In this document: positions 38,864 to 49,307 of the stretch, piece after piece
Layout of the letters: every line of letters begins with the position of its first letter
Numbering within the stretch: the first letter of the stretch is position 1
Source: an uncultured Rikenellaceae bacterium
Lineage (GTDB): Bacteria; Bacteroidota; Bacteroidia; Bacteroidales; VadinHA17
NCBI GenBank assembly: GCA_964535035.1
Contig: CAZHRV010000144.1
Coordinates: 3,974 to 67,973, forward strand
Reading direction: 5' to 3'
Length of the DNA: 64,000 bases
Notes under the pieces: model-generated
Seen by the model: the letters and a program-made list of their open reading frames with translations, nothing else
The model's database searches: none
Told to the model about the DNA's origin: nothing
Made by a program: the position numbers and the translations under genes

Positions 38864-39957
38864 GTTCTTTTAAACTCAAAATAATAGATATCTATATCAT
38901 CAGGAAATTCCTGGGAACATTCTTCTTTTCTCTAGTCCTGATAATGACTATTGCAGTGGTTTTTGACTTTGCCGAGAAAATCGACAATTTCATGGAAAGA
39001 GAAGCGCCGTGGAGGGCTGTGGTATTTGATTATTACCTGAATTTCATTCCATTTTTTGCCACGCTCTTTGCACCTCTTTTTGTTTTCATATCCGTCATCT
39101 TTTTTACCTCCCGTATGGCTGCCAATACTGAGATAATTGCCATTCTTAACAGCGGAATGAGCTTTCAGAGGATGATGTGGCCCTATTTCCTTTCCAGCTT
39201 TATTATTGCAGTGTTCATATTTTATCTGACCAATTTTGTGATTCCCAAAACTGCTCTGGAGAGGATGGATTTTGAAGATAAATATTACCGTCCCCAGTGG
39301 AGAAAAGCAAATGTTGACAATATTCACCGGCAGGTTTACCCGAATATATATGTTTATATGGAATCCTTCAGTCCCCTCTATATGCGAGGCCGGAATTTTA
39401 CATTAGAGAAGTTTGGCAAAGATGGCAGACTGGCTGCAAAACTCTCTTCACCAACTGTAGCATATGATACGGCTACTTCAAAATGGGTGGCGAACAATTA
39501 TCTGATCAGGGAAATAAATGGTGACGAGGAGATACTGACAAGAGGTACCAGGATTGACACGACCCTCATTATAAGACCCACTGATTTTTCAAGAGACCCC
39601 GGATTTGTGGGGACCATGACTTACCGTGAGCTGGATGATTATATTGATTTGCTGAAACTGCAGGGATCAGATGAGCTGAATGTTTTCCTGATTGAGAAAC
39701 ACCGTCGTTTTTCGAGTCCCTTTGCAGTATTTATCCTTACATTGATAGGGGTTGCCCTTTCCTCGCAAAAGTTGAGGGGAGGGATAGGTATGAACATTGG
39801 AATTGGGCTTGCATTAAGCTTCTCATATATACTGTTCCTTCAATTTGCGGCACAATTTTCTGTAAAGGGTAACCTTGGACCCATGATTGCAATGTGGATC
39901 CCCAATTTCATTTATATAGTTATTGCATTAATTCTTTATAAATTGGCTCCCAAATAG
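38821..39957 (+). CDS. LptF/LptG-family (YjgP/YjgQ) permease
   Basis: 378-aa ORF with IIDIYIIRKFLGTFFFSLVLIMTIAVVFD at the N-terminus, six TM segments and a central periplasmic domain. The start is uncertain. ATG 38821 overlaps tgt by 43 nt. Confidence 0.8.
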   Translation: MERVNDKKAFCEVIGSFKLKIIDIYIIRKFLGTFFFSLVLIMTIAVVFDFAEKIDNFMEREAPWRAVVFDYYLNFIPFFATLFAPLFVFISVIFFTSRMAANTEIIAILNSGMSFQRMMWPYFLSSFIIAVFIFYLTNFVIPKTALERMDFEDKYYRPQWRKANVDNIHRQVYPNIYVYMESFSPLYMRGRNFTLEKFGKDGRLAAKLSSPTVAYDTATSKWVANNYLIREINGDEEILTRGTRIDTTLIIRPTDFSRDPGFVGTMTYRELDDYIDLLKLQGSDELNVFLIEKHRRFSSPFAVFILTLIGVALSSQKLRGGIGMNIGIGLALSFSYILFLQFAAQFSVKGNLGPMIAMWIPNFIYIVIALILYKLAPK

Positions 39958-40037
39958 CACCCTAAAGCCGTTCATTTTATGTAAAATTGTAACCCTGATA
40001 GTCCTGGGGAGAAAACATATTTTAATATTATAAGTCT

Positions 40038-41582
40038 ATGGCAGTTAATAAGAAGATAGAGGAATTACACGAGAGGAGGCAAAAACTTTTGCTCGGGGGT
40101 GGTGAACAGGCCATTGAAAAACAGAAAGCCCTTGGAAAAAGCACTGCCCGTGAGCGTATTATGTCTCTGCTTGATAAGGATTCTTTCAGCGAATATGACA
40201 TGTTCGTTGAGCATGATGCCCGTGATTTCGACATGGACAAGAAGACACTTGCCAGTGATGGCGTGGTAATTGGCACAGGTACCATTTATGGCGCCCCTGT
40301 TGCATTATTTGCCCAGGATTTTACAGTCGCCGGCGGATCACTTGGATTGATGCACTCAAGAAAGATCACAAAGATAATGGACCATGCCCTCAAAATGAGA
40401 ATACCTCTTATCGGCATTAACGATTCAGGCGGCGCCAGGATACAGGAGGGTGTTAACTCACTTGCCGGTTATGGTGAGATCTTCTTTCGAAATACGCTCT
40501 CAAGCGGAGTAATACCCCAGATTTCTGTAATACTTGGCCCCTGTGCGGGAGGGGCTGTCTATTCTCCCGCCCTTACCGACTTTGTATTTGTGGTTGACAA
40601 TATATCAAAGATGTTTATCACAGGTCCCGAGGTGATAAAAACAGTGCTCGGGGAAGAGATATCGATGGAGGAACTGGGAGGTGCAAGAATTCACAGCGAA
40701 ATAAGCGGTAATGCACATTTCTTTGCTGAAAGTGAGGATGAATGCTTTGAACAGATAAAGAGGCTGATAACATTCATCCCGTGGAGTAATGACAGAAAAG
40801 CCAGACCTTTTGATCCCGGTGAACCCCAGGCAGAATACAATATTGAAAAGATTGTTCCCGATGATCCTACTCTTCCGTACGATGTCAGGGACATTATCCG
40901 GGCTGTTGTTGATAATTCGGATTTCTTTGAGATCATGGAGCACTATGCCAGGAACATGGTAATCGGCTTCGGAAGGATAAATGGGCAAACAACCGGATTT
41001 GTTGCAAATCAGCCTCTTGAGATGGCAGGCGTCCTCGATGTTGATTCATCCGATAAGGCTGCAAGGTTCATTCGTTATTGTGATGCCTTTAATATCCCAA
41101 TAATAACCTTTGTAGACCTTCCGGGATATATGCCGGGGGCTGACCAGGAGTATGCAGGTGTTATCCGTCACGGTGCAAAGGTGCTTTATGCCTATAGCGA
41201 AGCCACAGTTCCCAAAATAACGGTGATACTCAGGAAAGCCTATGGAGGCGGATATATAGCTATGGGTTCACGCCATCTCAGGGCAGATTTTGTGTTTGCA
41301 TGGCCAACAGCAGAAATAGCGGTAATGGGGCCTGAGGGCGCCGCAAACATAATCTTCAGAAAAGAGATAATGTTATCTGATAACCCTGATGAAACCCGTC
41401 AGAGAAAAGTTGAAGAATACAAGGAGAAATTTGCAAATCCTTATGTTGCAGCCTCACGCGGTTATATTGATGCAGTTATCGAACCAGGAGAGACAAGGAA
41501 ATTCCTCATTCACTCCATTACAGTATCAAAGAATAAGTTAATTCAGATGCCTGAGAAGAAACATGGGGTGCCTCCGTTTTGA
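40038..41582 (+). CDS. Acyl-CoA carboxyltransferase (methylmalonyl-CoA decarboxylase alpha / propionyl-CoA carboxylase beta family)
   Basis: 514-aa ORF. FAQDFTVAGGSLG, INDSGGARIQEG, GPCAGGAVYSPALTDF and LRKAYGGGYIAM are all typical of the family. Confidence 0.9.
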   Translation: MAVNKKIEELHERRQKLLLGGGEQAIEKQKALGKSTARERIMSLLDKDSFSEYDMFVEHDARDFDMDKKTLASDGVVIGTGTIYGAPVALFAQDFTVAGGSLGLMHSRKITKIMDHALKMRIPLIGINDSGGARIQEGVNSLAGYGEIFFRNTLSSGVIPQISVILGPCAGGAVYSPALTDFVFVVDNISKMFITGPEVIKTVLGEEISMEELGGARIHSEISGNAHFFAESEDECFEQIKRLITFIPWSNDRKARPFDPGEPQAEYNIEKIVPDDPTLPYDVRDIIRAVVDNSDFFEIMEHYARNMVIGFGRINGQTTGFVANQPLEMAGVLDVDSSDKAARFIRYCDAFNIPIITFVDLPGYMPGADQEYAGVIRHGAKVLYAYSEATVPKITVILRKAYGGGYIAMGSRHLRADFVFAWPTAEIAVMGPEGAANIIFRKEIMLSDNPDETRQRKVEEYKEKFANPYVAASRGYIDAVIEPGETRKFLIHSITVSKNKLIQMPEKKHGVPPF

Positions 41583-41615
41583 TTATAAATATTTCAGGAA
41601 CAGGAAGAAACGATC

Positions 41616-41933
41616 ATGAAGAAATTTGAAAATCTGGGTACTCTGAATATAAATACCAGACTGTACAAAACAAGGCTGAGCAGTAAATATGCAAACCGGC
41701 AGCCATACAAATCTGCCGATCCCGGGATGGTGATGAGTTTTATCCCGGGTACTGTACTCGATATTGTGGTTGAACCGGGCCAGATTGTCAGAAAGGGAGA
41801 ACTCCTTATGATCCTTGATGCCATGAAAATGAAGAACCAGATTAAATGCAAAATGGATGGAATAGTAAAAAATGTACTGGTAAAAAAAGGCGACAAAATA
41901 TCAAAGGGAATAGTCCTGATAGAGATGGAATAA
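41616..41933 (+). CDS. Small biotin carboxyl carrier (biotinyl domain) protein
   Basis: 105-aa ORF. The C-terminal biotinyl domain carries the LDAMKMKNQI motif (AMKM biotinylation site). Confidence 0.85.
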   Translation: MKKFENLGTLNINTRLYKTRLSSKYANRQPYKSADPGMVMSFIPGTVLDIVVEPGQIVRKGELLMILDAMKMKNQIKCKMDGIVKNVLVKKGDKISKGIVLIEME

Positions 41934-41935
41934 GG

Positions 41936-42754
41936 CTATAGAGTTCCCTCAAAGATTATAAACTCTTTCAGCTTATCTGGAATTTTAGGCTTCCTCTCGT
42001 AAATACCGTAAACAGAAGATCCGCTTCCTGTCATTGAACAGTAGACGGCTCCCAGTTTGTACAGGGCACTTTTCAGCTCATCTACCTTCGGGTATACCTT
42101 AAAAGCGAAATCTTCAAAATCATTAACAATGTATTTCTTCCAGTCAGATATCTTATGGGGAAAAAGCTTCTCCAGACTGGTCTCCGGTTTCGAAGGATGG
42201 CAATTGTGATAGGCCTCTCTGGTGCTTATACGAAAACCCGGATTTATAAGGATAAGATGATATCCTTCCAGAAGAGGTTTGACCGGTTTTAGTATATCAC
42301 CGCGTCCTGTAGCTATGGATGGCACCGGGTTCAGGAAAAAGGGACAGTCACTTCCTGTTTCCAGGGCGATGGATTTAAGCTCGGTTTCACTTATATGAAA
42401 TTTGAAACGTTTAATGATACTCTTTAAAATACAGGCAGCGTCGGAGGAGCCTCCGCCCAGCCCTGCCCCCGAAGGAATTACCTTGTGCAGATGTATTTTA
42501 AGTATGGGAACGGGATAGCTTGTCCTTAATCTTTTAACTGCCTTGATGATAAGATTCTTTTCAGGTCGTGTTCTTATGTTAATGCCTGTAACTACCAGCT
42601 CATCTTCCCTGGCTTTCCCGGATATTGTTACAAACTCGAGAGCATCCGATAATGGGATAGGATAGAATATTGTTTCAATATCATGGAAGCCGTCGGAACG
42701 CTTTTCCACTACCTTTAACCCGATATTGATCTTTGCTTTCGGAAAAGAAATCAT
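41936..42754 (-). CDS. ispE: 4-diphosphocytidyl-2-C-methyl-D-erythritol kinase
   Basis: 272-aa ORF with KINIGLKV and the GHMP kinase motif IPSGAGLGGGSSDAA. Confidence 0.9.
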   Translation of the reverse strand: MISFPKAKINIGLKVVEKRSDGFHDIETIFYPIPLSDALEFVTISGKAREDELVVTGINIRTRPEKNLIIKAVKRLRTSYPVPILKIHLHKVIPSGAGLGGGSSDAACILKSIIKRFKFHISETELKSIALETGSDCPFFLNPVPSIATGRGDILKPVKPLLEGYHLILINPGFRISTREAYHNCHPSKPETSLEKLFPHKISDWKKYIVNDFEDFAFKVYPKVDELKSALYKLGAVYCSMTGSGSSVYGIYERKPKIPDKLKEFIIFEGTL

Positions 42755-42882
42755 CCTGTAAAATTACCATTAGGTTTTGAATTTGATGTTAATGTTATTC
42801 TTTTTTAGCTTTTCAACAAGTTTTTAACACTTTCTGTTTGTAATAAACCTGGTATCCTGCATTTATAAAACTTGCTAATTCA

Positions 42883-42890
42883 TACCTTTG
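42883..42890 (+). promoter_or_regulatory. -7 promoter box TACCTTTG upstream of dnaB
   Basis: Matches TAnnTTTG, 63 nt upstream of ATG 42953. Confidence 0.35.
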
Positions 42891-42952
42891 AAACTGCCGG
42901 TAAGACTTTTTGGTCACAATGTAATTATCAATCAATCAGCAATATAACATCA

Positions 42953-44473
42953 ATGGCAAAACAAACAACAGGTAGCAGAAAAAATATTATGTCATTACCT
43001 GATCTCGGGAAGGTTCCACCGCAGGCTATAGATATGGAGGAGGCTGTTCTTGGAGCAATAATGCTTGAAAAGGAAGCTGTGATAACCATACTTGACATTC
43101 TTAAGCCTGAGAGTTTTTATAAGGATGCACATAAAAAGATCTTCAAGGCAATTTCGGACCTTTCAATGCGGGAGTTTCCAGTCGATCTTTATACTGTAAC
43201 TGAAGAACTGCGTAATTACCATGAGCTTGAAAGTGTAGGAGGACCCGTTTATCTTACCCAGCTTACTTCGAAGGTTGTTTCCGCAGCCAACGTTGACTAT
43301 CATGCACGCATAGTAGCTCAGAAATATATTCAGCGTGAGCTGATCAGAGTCTCTACGGAGATCCAGTCAAGATCCTTTGATGACTCGATAGATGTTACCG
43401 ATCTTCTCGATTTTTCTGAAAATGCCCTGTTCCAGATTGCCGAAGGCAACATCAAGAGAGAAGTATCTCCCATTAATATGGTTATCAAGGAAGCAATAAA
43501 GGAAATTGAAGAGGCCGGCAAGAGAGAAGATGCACTTGTTGGCATTCCTTCAGGTTTCACAAAACTTGACAGGCTGACATCCGGATGGCAAAAATCAGAA
43601 CTTATCATCATTGCTGCTCGTCCCTCAATGGGAAAGACAGCACTGGCACTTTCAATGGCAAGGAATATGTCGATTGACCACGGGAAAAAGGTGGCGATAT
43701 TCTCGTGTGAAATGTCGTCAATACAACTTGTTAACAGGCTTATAATTGCAGAGACCGATATTCCCGGAGACAAGATCAGGAATGGCCGTCTTTCTGAAGA
43801 GGAGTGGAAACATCTGGATGCCAGGATCAAGAAGCTTGTCCAGGCTCCCATATTCGTTGATGATACGCCGGCCATTTCAATATTTGAACTAAGGGCAAAA
43901 TGCCGCCGCCTGATGGCTCAGCATAAGCTTGATATTGTTATTGTTGATTACCTTCAGCTTATGTCTGGCCCGGAAGACGCAGGCAGCCGTGAACAGGAGG
44001 TAAGTAATATATCGCGATCGCTAAAGAGTATTGCCAAGGAGCTGAATGTCCCGATTATTGCACTTTCTCAGCTTAACAGGTCAGTTGAAATGAGAGGAGG
44101 CACAAAGCGTCCTCTCCTGTCTGATCTTCGGGAATCGGGTGCTATTGAACAGGATGCTGATATGGTAGTTTTTATACACCGCCAGGAAAAATTCGGGATC
44201 CCGACATTTGATGACGGATCATCAACAAAAGGAATAGCCGAGATAATACTTGCCAAGAACCGTAACGGTCCCGTTGATGATGTAAAACTAAGATTCAGAG
44301 AGGAGAAAGCTCAGTTTATTGATATTGATGATTTTGATATAGACAACGCTCCGGAACCTGGCGACACACAGAGTATAACGCTGGGTTCAAAGATGAATCA
44401 TGATAAAATCAGAAGTACCGGCGGAAGCTTCGGCCAGGAGTATGATAATCACGACGAACCTCCTTTTGCATAA
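42953..44473 (+). CDS. dnaB: Replicative DNA helicase DnaB
   Basis: ORF 42872..44473 (TTG). ATG 42953 (MAKQTTGS) is preferred. PPQAIDMEEAVLGAIM, Walker A ARPSMGKTALAL, VDYLQLM and SQLNRSVE motifs, plus a C-terminal extension of about 50 aa. Confidence 0.93.
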   Translation: MAKQTTGSRKNIMSLPDLGKVPPQAIDMEEAVLGAIMLEKEAVITILDILKPESFYKDAHKKIFKAISDLSMREFPVDLYTVTEELRNYHELESVGGPVYLTQLTSKVVSAANVDYHARIVAQKYIQRELIRVSTEIQSRSFDDSIDVTDLLDFSENALFQIAEGNIKREVSPINMVIKEAIKEIEEAGKREDALVGIPSGFTKLDRLTSGWQKSELIIIAARPSMGKTALALSMARNMSIDHGKKVAIFSCEMSSIQLVNRLIIAETDIPGDKIRNGRLSEEEWKHLDARIKKLVQAPIFVDDTPAISIFELRAKCRRLMAQHKLDIVIVDYLQLMSGPEDAGSREQEVSNISRSLKSIAKELNVPIIALSQLNRSVEMRGGTKRPLLSDLRESGAIEQDADMVVFIHRQEKFGIPTFDDGSSTKGIAEIILAKNRNGPVDDVKLRFREEKAQFIDIDDFDIDNAPEPGDTQSITLGSKMNHDKIRSTGGSFGQEYDNHDEPPFA

Positions 44474-44476
44474 GCC

Positions 44477-47173
44477 TTAATTCAGGCGCAATACCAGCCT
44501 TACACCAATGCTTTCATATGACAGGTTTTTAAATCCGGCATATACTCCCAGTTCTCCAACGAGGAACAACTCTGAAATACTGTATCCAATTTCAGTATAA
44601 CTCTTGTGAAATTCGGATCCCACCCAGGAGAGGCTTAGATTTTCACGCATCAGGGTTTTACTGAGTCCGGGGAGGTACTTAAGCAAAAGGTAAGGTGTTG
44701 TATACTTAATATGGGCCTCACCAAAGAATTCATTAGTGCTCAGTGAATAATATTCAGACAGCCTGAAGGCATCCTGGTAATTATTAATCAGGACAGGCAG
44801 TGGTTGTGAATTAAAATGAAAGAAATCATACCATGTAAGATATTTCTTATTCAGGAATCCGCCTGCCCTTATTCGCCACCTGAACTCGCTGAAGGCACCC
44901 ATATCATGCTCTTTAGACGCTTCGAACCTGATCATGTCAAAATGCCTGTACCTGTCTGTCAGTTCAGTGAACTCATTGATCCCGTGTTTCCATGTGAGTT
45001 TAAAGGCAGGCCAGTCGGAACCCCAGGGTATTTTAGCATCGTTTATTATTCTGTACTTCTGCCTTGGAGTAAATGTTACACTTGTTACAAATTCAAAATG
45101 CTTCTGGTCTCTCAAAGCATACATACTATCTGCCTCTGCTGATAAATATAAATTATCAGGCATGTTATCCGAATACTCAGCTGATGAATTGATAAACGCA
45201 AATGAAGTATTGTTTTCGAGTACCCTCCTGTCATCATATTCAGCAGTCATTTCAAGATAAGTTCCGGTTGAGATCCGGCTCCTGTGGCCAAAAGCAAAGT
45301 ATCTGTTTTCAAATAGCTTAAGGTAATTCTTTTCAAAGAACAATGATGTTATGGAATTTAAAAAAGTATTTATGCTTCCTCCTGTTCCGATATCCCTGCT
45401 GGTTATCCCTGCCCTGAAAAAAAATTGTGCTTGCCTGATCCTGTCATAGGAAAAGTTACCGTTCAGTCTCCACAAAAGTTGCTCACGGCTGAATACATAG
45501 CGAATATCAGGGTACAATGAAAGAGATGTGTTGTTTTTCCATCTCTTTGTGATACTGAAGTCTATTCCATGGACAAAACCATCAACTGTATTGAAACTAA
45601 AATTATCAAAGTCAAGAAACCCTCCGAATCTGAAGTTGAATCCGGTTGTGTCGGACCATGTATGACCGAAACAGATATCTTTAAGAGTTCTGATGAACCG
45701 GTTCTCTTTCTTTTTCTCAACACGTGAAAGAGTGTCAGTTTTCATCTTCCTGACCGATGACTCCATCTTTATACTGTCACGTATCCTTATACTTTTCATC
45801 TCAATCTCGGAAAGCGGTATGGGTCTTATCTCCGCCCAGTATGTACTGTCTTTTTGATTTGCATCCTCTTCAACAGTTGTTATTGTCTTTTCCTTTATTT
45901 CCAGGTTGTTTCTTACACTGTCAGGCAGTGTTTCTTCGGATTCCTTTTCCATTAGACGGGCCAGTCTGACCATATCACGGTTTGACAGTTCATTTTTTTC
46001 AAGTATCTTATCAATCTTCTCCTGGTTTTTGGTTACAGGCTGATCCTTCTGAGGCTGAGAGGCAACCGGTTTCCCGAAATAATTTACATCAACAGATTCC
46101 GGTTTCCTGAGTGAAGTGTTTGGTCTTACTTCGGCATATTTTACTGAACTGCCGTAACCGGCCTCGGCCCTGATGCCTATTATTTCAAGATCAACTATAA
46201 ACTTATGGCTTACGGGCATCCATATATCGTCCTGCACAGGTATATAAAGCTGCTGAACATTAATCCGGCCGGCAATATTTTCATTTGTGAGATCAACACT
46301 GTAAAGACACCAGAGATCTTCAATAATATAGATTATTCCTTCAAAGAGCTGCTGGCTTTTTCGTTTCGGCGTAACCTTTATCTTATTGACTGTTATATTT
46401 CCCTGAGGTGTCGCTCCCAGGTATTTGAAATCATAGTGTGAAAAAGCCTGTGGAGAAAGAGGTGATATGGCAATATCAGCTACTATCGGCTGATAAAAAC
46501 TTGCATTGATAATGTCCATAGGTGATATATCATCCCCTTCGTCAGGGAAAGTACTGTTTATTGAAATAACCTTCTGGACATATTTGTCGGGAGCAGTGAA
46601 TTCAATTTCATTATATGATTCCATCATATAGACATCACCCACTTTGATGGTTCTGGAGCTGGTTGTTGATCCGCTCTCATCCGATGCTCCAAGTTTCATT
46701 GCTTTCTGCATGAGCTTCGGGATCTTATTAAAAACGAGATTCCCTTTAAGGTAAACATCTGCTTTATAGTAACTTATGTTATTGAGATAGTAAGGAGCCA
46801 TGCCAATGACCTTTCTCATTATACCGTATGCCGGGTCCTTCCCGGTGGCAGTTATTCTTACCTCAGGTATCTCATAGTACTGTGATGGCAGAGTGACATT
46901 CCTGGTGATGGTCTGATCTGAAATGGTAATATTGTAGAAAACCGGCGAAAATCCGAGACTTTGATAAGTTACCATGTATTTGCCGGCCCGGAGTTTTATT
47001 TCGTAATCTCCTTTTGTATTGGCCGTAGTTCCCTGTTTCAGCTCCTGAATATATACTGTTGCATATTGAATTGGTTCACCTGTCACACTCGTTATTTTCC
47101 CTTTTAGTATCTGGGCAGAGATAATACATGGAAACTGAATAAACAGGATTATCAGAATAATAGATCGTTTCAT
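44477..47173 (-). CDS. Carboxypeptidase-regulatory-like domain plus DUF5686-type outer-membrane protein
   Basis: 898-aa ORF with a signal peptide and an N-terminal CarboxypepD_reg-like segment (ILKGKITSVTGEPIQYATVYIQELKQGTTANTKGDYEI). The long C-terminal region is beta-rich and ends in an aromatic-rich strand. The DUF assignment is from memory. Confidence 0.65.
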   Translation of the reverse strand: MKRSIILIILFIQFPCIISAQILKGKITSVTGEPIQYATVYIQELKQGTTANTKGDYEIKLRAGKYMVTYQSLGFSPVFYNITISDQTITRNVTLPSQYYEIPEVRITATGKDPAYGIMRKVIGMAPYYLNNISYYKADVYLKGNLVFNKIPKLMQKAMKLGASDESGSTTSSRTIKVGDVYMMESYNEIEFTAPDKYVQKVISINSTFPDEGDDISPMDIINASFYQPIVADIAISPLSPQAFSHYDFKYLGATPQGNITVNKIKVTPKRKSQQLFEGIIYIIEDLWCLYSVDLTNENIAGRINVQQLYIPVQDDIWMPVSHKFIVDLEIIGIRAEAGYGSSVKYAEVRPNTSLRKPESVDVNYFGKPVASQPQKDQPVTKNQEKIDKILEKNELSNRDMVRLARLMEKESEETLPDSVRNNLEIKEKTITTVEEDANQKDSTYWAEIRPIPLSEIEMKSIRIRDSIKMESSVRKMKTDTLSRVEKKKENRFIRTLKDICFGHTWSDTTGFNFRFGGFLDFDNFSFNTVDGFVHGIDFSITKRWKNNTSLSLYPDIRYVFSREQLLWRLNGNFSYDRIRQAQFFFRAGITSRDIGTGGSINTFLNSITSLFFEKNYLKLFENRYFAFGHRSRISTGTYLEMTAEYDDRRVLENNTSFAFINSSAEYSDNMPDNLYLSAEADSMYALRDQKHFEFVTSVTFTPRQKYRIINDAKIPWGSDWPAFKLTWKHGINEFTELTDRYRHFDMIRFEASKEHDMGAFSEFRWRIRAGGFLNKKYLTWYDFFHFNSQPLPVLINNYQDAFRLSEYYSLSTNEFFGEAHIKYTTPYLLLKYLPGLSKTLMRENLSLSWVGSEFHKSYTEIGYSISELFLVGELGVYAGFKNLSYESIGVRLVLRLN

Positions 47174-47179
47174 AACAGA

Positions 47180-47854
47180 TTATTCTTTTTTCCCGGCAAC
47201 AATGATAACTATTTCTCCTTTTGGAGCTGTTTTTTTATAATGTTCTGAAAGATATGACAATGAGCCTCTCATGTTTTCCTCAAAAACCTTGCTCAGCTCT
47301 CTTGACACACAGGCTTCCCGGTCATGGTCGAAATGTGAAGCCATATCATCGAGAGTCCTCACGAGCCGGAAGGGAGATTCATAAAAAACCATTGTACGAG
47401 TCTCGCTCTCAAGATCTGTCAGCCTTTTTTTCCTGCCCTTTTTATGCGGCAGGAAGCCTTCAAAGCAGAAACGTTCGCAGGGCAGGCCTGAATTCACCAG
47501 GGCAGGTATCAATGCAGTTGGTCCCGGCAGAGTCTCAACAGGGATACCCTTCTCCAGGCATGTTCTTACAAGTAAAAAACCCGGATCAGATATTCCCGGA
47601 GTACCGGCGTCAGATATAAGGGCTGTGGTAGTTCCCGAAAGGATCCTGTTACAGATTGATTCGACGCTTTTATGCTCATTGAACATATGGTGTGACTGGA
47701 GAACTGACCTGATATTGTAATGTTTAAGAAGTTTTGAAGCATGTCGTGTGTCCTCGGCGAGGATAATATCAACAGTGGCCAGGATTTCAACAGCCCGGTA
47801 TGTTATGTCCTTAAGATTACCAATGGGAGTAGGGACAAGGAATAATCTACTCAT
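47180..47854 (-). CDS. rsmI: 16S rRNA (cytidine1402-2'-O)-methyltransferase
   Basis: 224-aa ORF with LFLVPTPIGNLKDITYRAVEIL, AEDTRH and SDAGTPGISDPG motifs. Confidence 0.9.
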   Translation of the reverse strand: MSRLFLVPTPIGNLKDITYRAVEILATVDIILAEDTRHASKLLKHYNIRSVLQSHHMFNEHKSVESICNRILSGTTTALISDAGTPGISDPGFLLVRTCLEKGIPVETLPGPTALIPALVNSGLPCERFCFEGFLPHKKGRKKRLTDLESETRTMVFYESPFRLVRTLDDMASHFDHDREACVSRELSKVFEENMRGSLSYLSEHYKKTAPKGEIVIIVAGKKE

Positions 47855-48536
47855 CAGAAGGGAATTTGCGTTTTATAATGTCAAGAAACTGCTTAACGAT
47901 CCGGGTCTCCTTGTTATCTCCTGTAAAACCCATCAGAACAGCTTTGGCATCATCAAAGCTTTTTACCCCGTTGAGTCTGTCAAGAGCCTGATTATAAGAT
48001 TCAGGACTCCCGTTAAAAAGCTCCCTGATGAACAGGAATTTGTCATTAACTCCTATTGCATCATCCAGATTTGCCAACGGTTTTGTCTTTATTATCTCTG
48101 AAACATTATTTTCACCTCTTATGCTTCCCATCTGCTCATTTAGCCGGTCTGTGAGACTGAAAGAATCCCCTATTGTTGATGAATCGGGCTTTTTGCCTGA
48201 AGGAGATGAAGCGACCTCTTTGTTTTCTCCTTTTGGAGGATGGGGAGTCTCAGATACAGGATGAATATTACCCGCGTCTTCATTCCCGGTAACAGGTCCT
48301 GCAGGTGCATCTTTGGTTTCTGTAACAGGGGGTGTCGGCTGTTTATGGTTCGGGACAGGCACCTCATTCCGGAGACCCTTAAGGAGAGCGATTATTTCTC
48401 CGGCACTTTTGCATTTCGATTTTGCCATCTCTATCTGCAATAACGGTACCCCTGGATAGTTCTTGAGATCATCAATGATTTCCCTGGCCTCATCGAGATC
48501 TTTAATAATTAAATCGACGGTCGCGTTGAAATCCAT
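47847..48536 (-). CDS. Hypothetical protein (helical N-terminus, Pro/Thr/Glu-rich linker, conserved-looking C-terminal domain)
   Basis: 229-aa ORF that overlaps the rsmI start by 8 nt, suggesting an operon. No recognisable catalytic motif. Confidence 0.6.
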   Translation of the reverse strand: MDFNATVDLIIKDLDEAREIIDDLKNYPGVPLLQIEMAKSKCKSAGEIIALLKGLRNEVPVPNHKQPTPPVTETKDAPAGPVTGNEDAGNIHPVSETPHPPKGENKEVASSPSGKKPDSSTIGDSFSLTDRLNEQMGSIRGENNVSEIIKTKPLANLDDAIGVNDKFLFIRELFNGSPESYNQALDRLNGVKSFDDAKAVLMGFTGDNKETRIVKQFLDIIKRKFPSDE

Positions 48537-48653
48537 TCCTTTTCTTGTTAATAAAACAAACCAATTTCCTTATTTTGCAAAAGTAACTAATATTCTCAAG
48601 TCAGAACGGGATATTAAAGCAAAATGGTATACAACCGAAGAGGATAATTACAG

Positions 48654-49244
48654 ATGGAATTTTTGGAGAATTCAGTAAAACTGACCGGTAAACGCGGCTC
48701 AATAGAGGTAATTACGGGTTCAATGTTTTCGGGGAAGACCGAGGAACTGATCAGGAGGCTGCGGCGGGCACAGTTTGCAGGATTGAAAGTAGAAATATTC
48801 AAACCATCCACTGACAAAAGATATTCCGAAACAAGAATTGTATCACATGATGAGAAATCAATTGTCTCCACACCTGTCGACAATGCCTCATCAATACTTT
48901 TACTGACCGGCGATGTTAAAATTGTAGGTATTGATGAAGCACAGTTTTTTGATGATACAATAGTTGATGTCTGTAATAAGCTGGCCGACAATGGAATAAG
49001 GGTAGTTATTGCAGGACTCGACATGGATTTCAAGGGAAATCCTTTCGGACCAATGCCAGCCCTTCTTGCTATAGCCGAATATATCACAAAGGTTCATGCA
49101 ATATGTGTACGATGCGGTAACCTTGCCCAGTATTCATTCAGAAAATCGGAAGAGGACCAGGTTGTTGTACTGGGTGAAAAAGACAAGTATGAACCTTTGT
49201 GCAGATATTGCTATAACAAGATCTCTGGTAAATATGATCATTAA
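48654..49244 (+). CDS. tdk: Thymidine kinase
   Basis: 196-aa ORF with P-loop [20 protein letters not shown] and a C-terminal zinc ribbon (CVRCG...CRYCY). Confidence 0.93.
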   Translation: MEFLENSVKLTGKRGSIEVITGSMFSGKTEELIRRLRRAQFAGLKVEIFKPSTDKRYSETRIVSHDEKSIVSTPVDNASSILLLTGDVKIVGIDEAQFFDDTIVDVCNKLADNGIRVVIAGLDMDFKGNPFGPMPALLAIAEYITKVHAICVRCGNLAQYSFRKSEEDQVVVLGEKDKYEPLCRYCYNKISGKYDH

Positions 49245-49307
49245 CTGTACAGCTTTCATTTTACAAGGAATATTATTGTCATCGAAAATGTTGAAGCAAA
49301 TCAGGCA

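Noticed and set aside
41594-41896. 100-aa antisense ORF opposite the biotin carrier gene
   Set aside because: The plus-strand product carries the AMKM biotinylation motif, and the antisense product has no features.
42755-42952. DnaA boxes or an origin-like features in the ispE / dnaB divergent spacer
   Set aside because: I saw no TTATCCACA-like 9-mers, only an ordinary promoter box.
43330-43875. 181-aa antisense ORF inside dnaB
   Set aside because: It is a shadow ORF opposite a highly conserved helicase gene.
44419-44473. SSB-like acidic C-terminal tail on DnaB (...QEYDNHDEPPFA)
   Set aside because: It resembles the DDDIPF SSB tip, but the terminal residue is Ala rather than Phe. I cannot judge by eye whether this extension is simply the lineage norm, so it is too weak to claim.
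48614-49087. 157-aa antisense ORF inside tdk
   Set aside because: It is a shadow ORF, and the tdk motifs on the plus strand are diagnostic.
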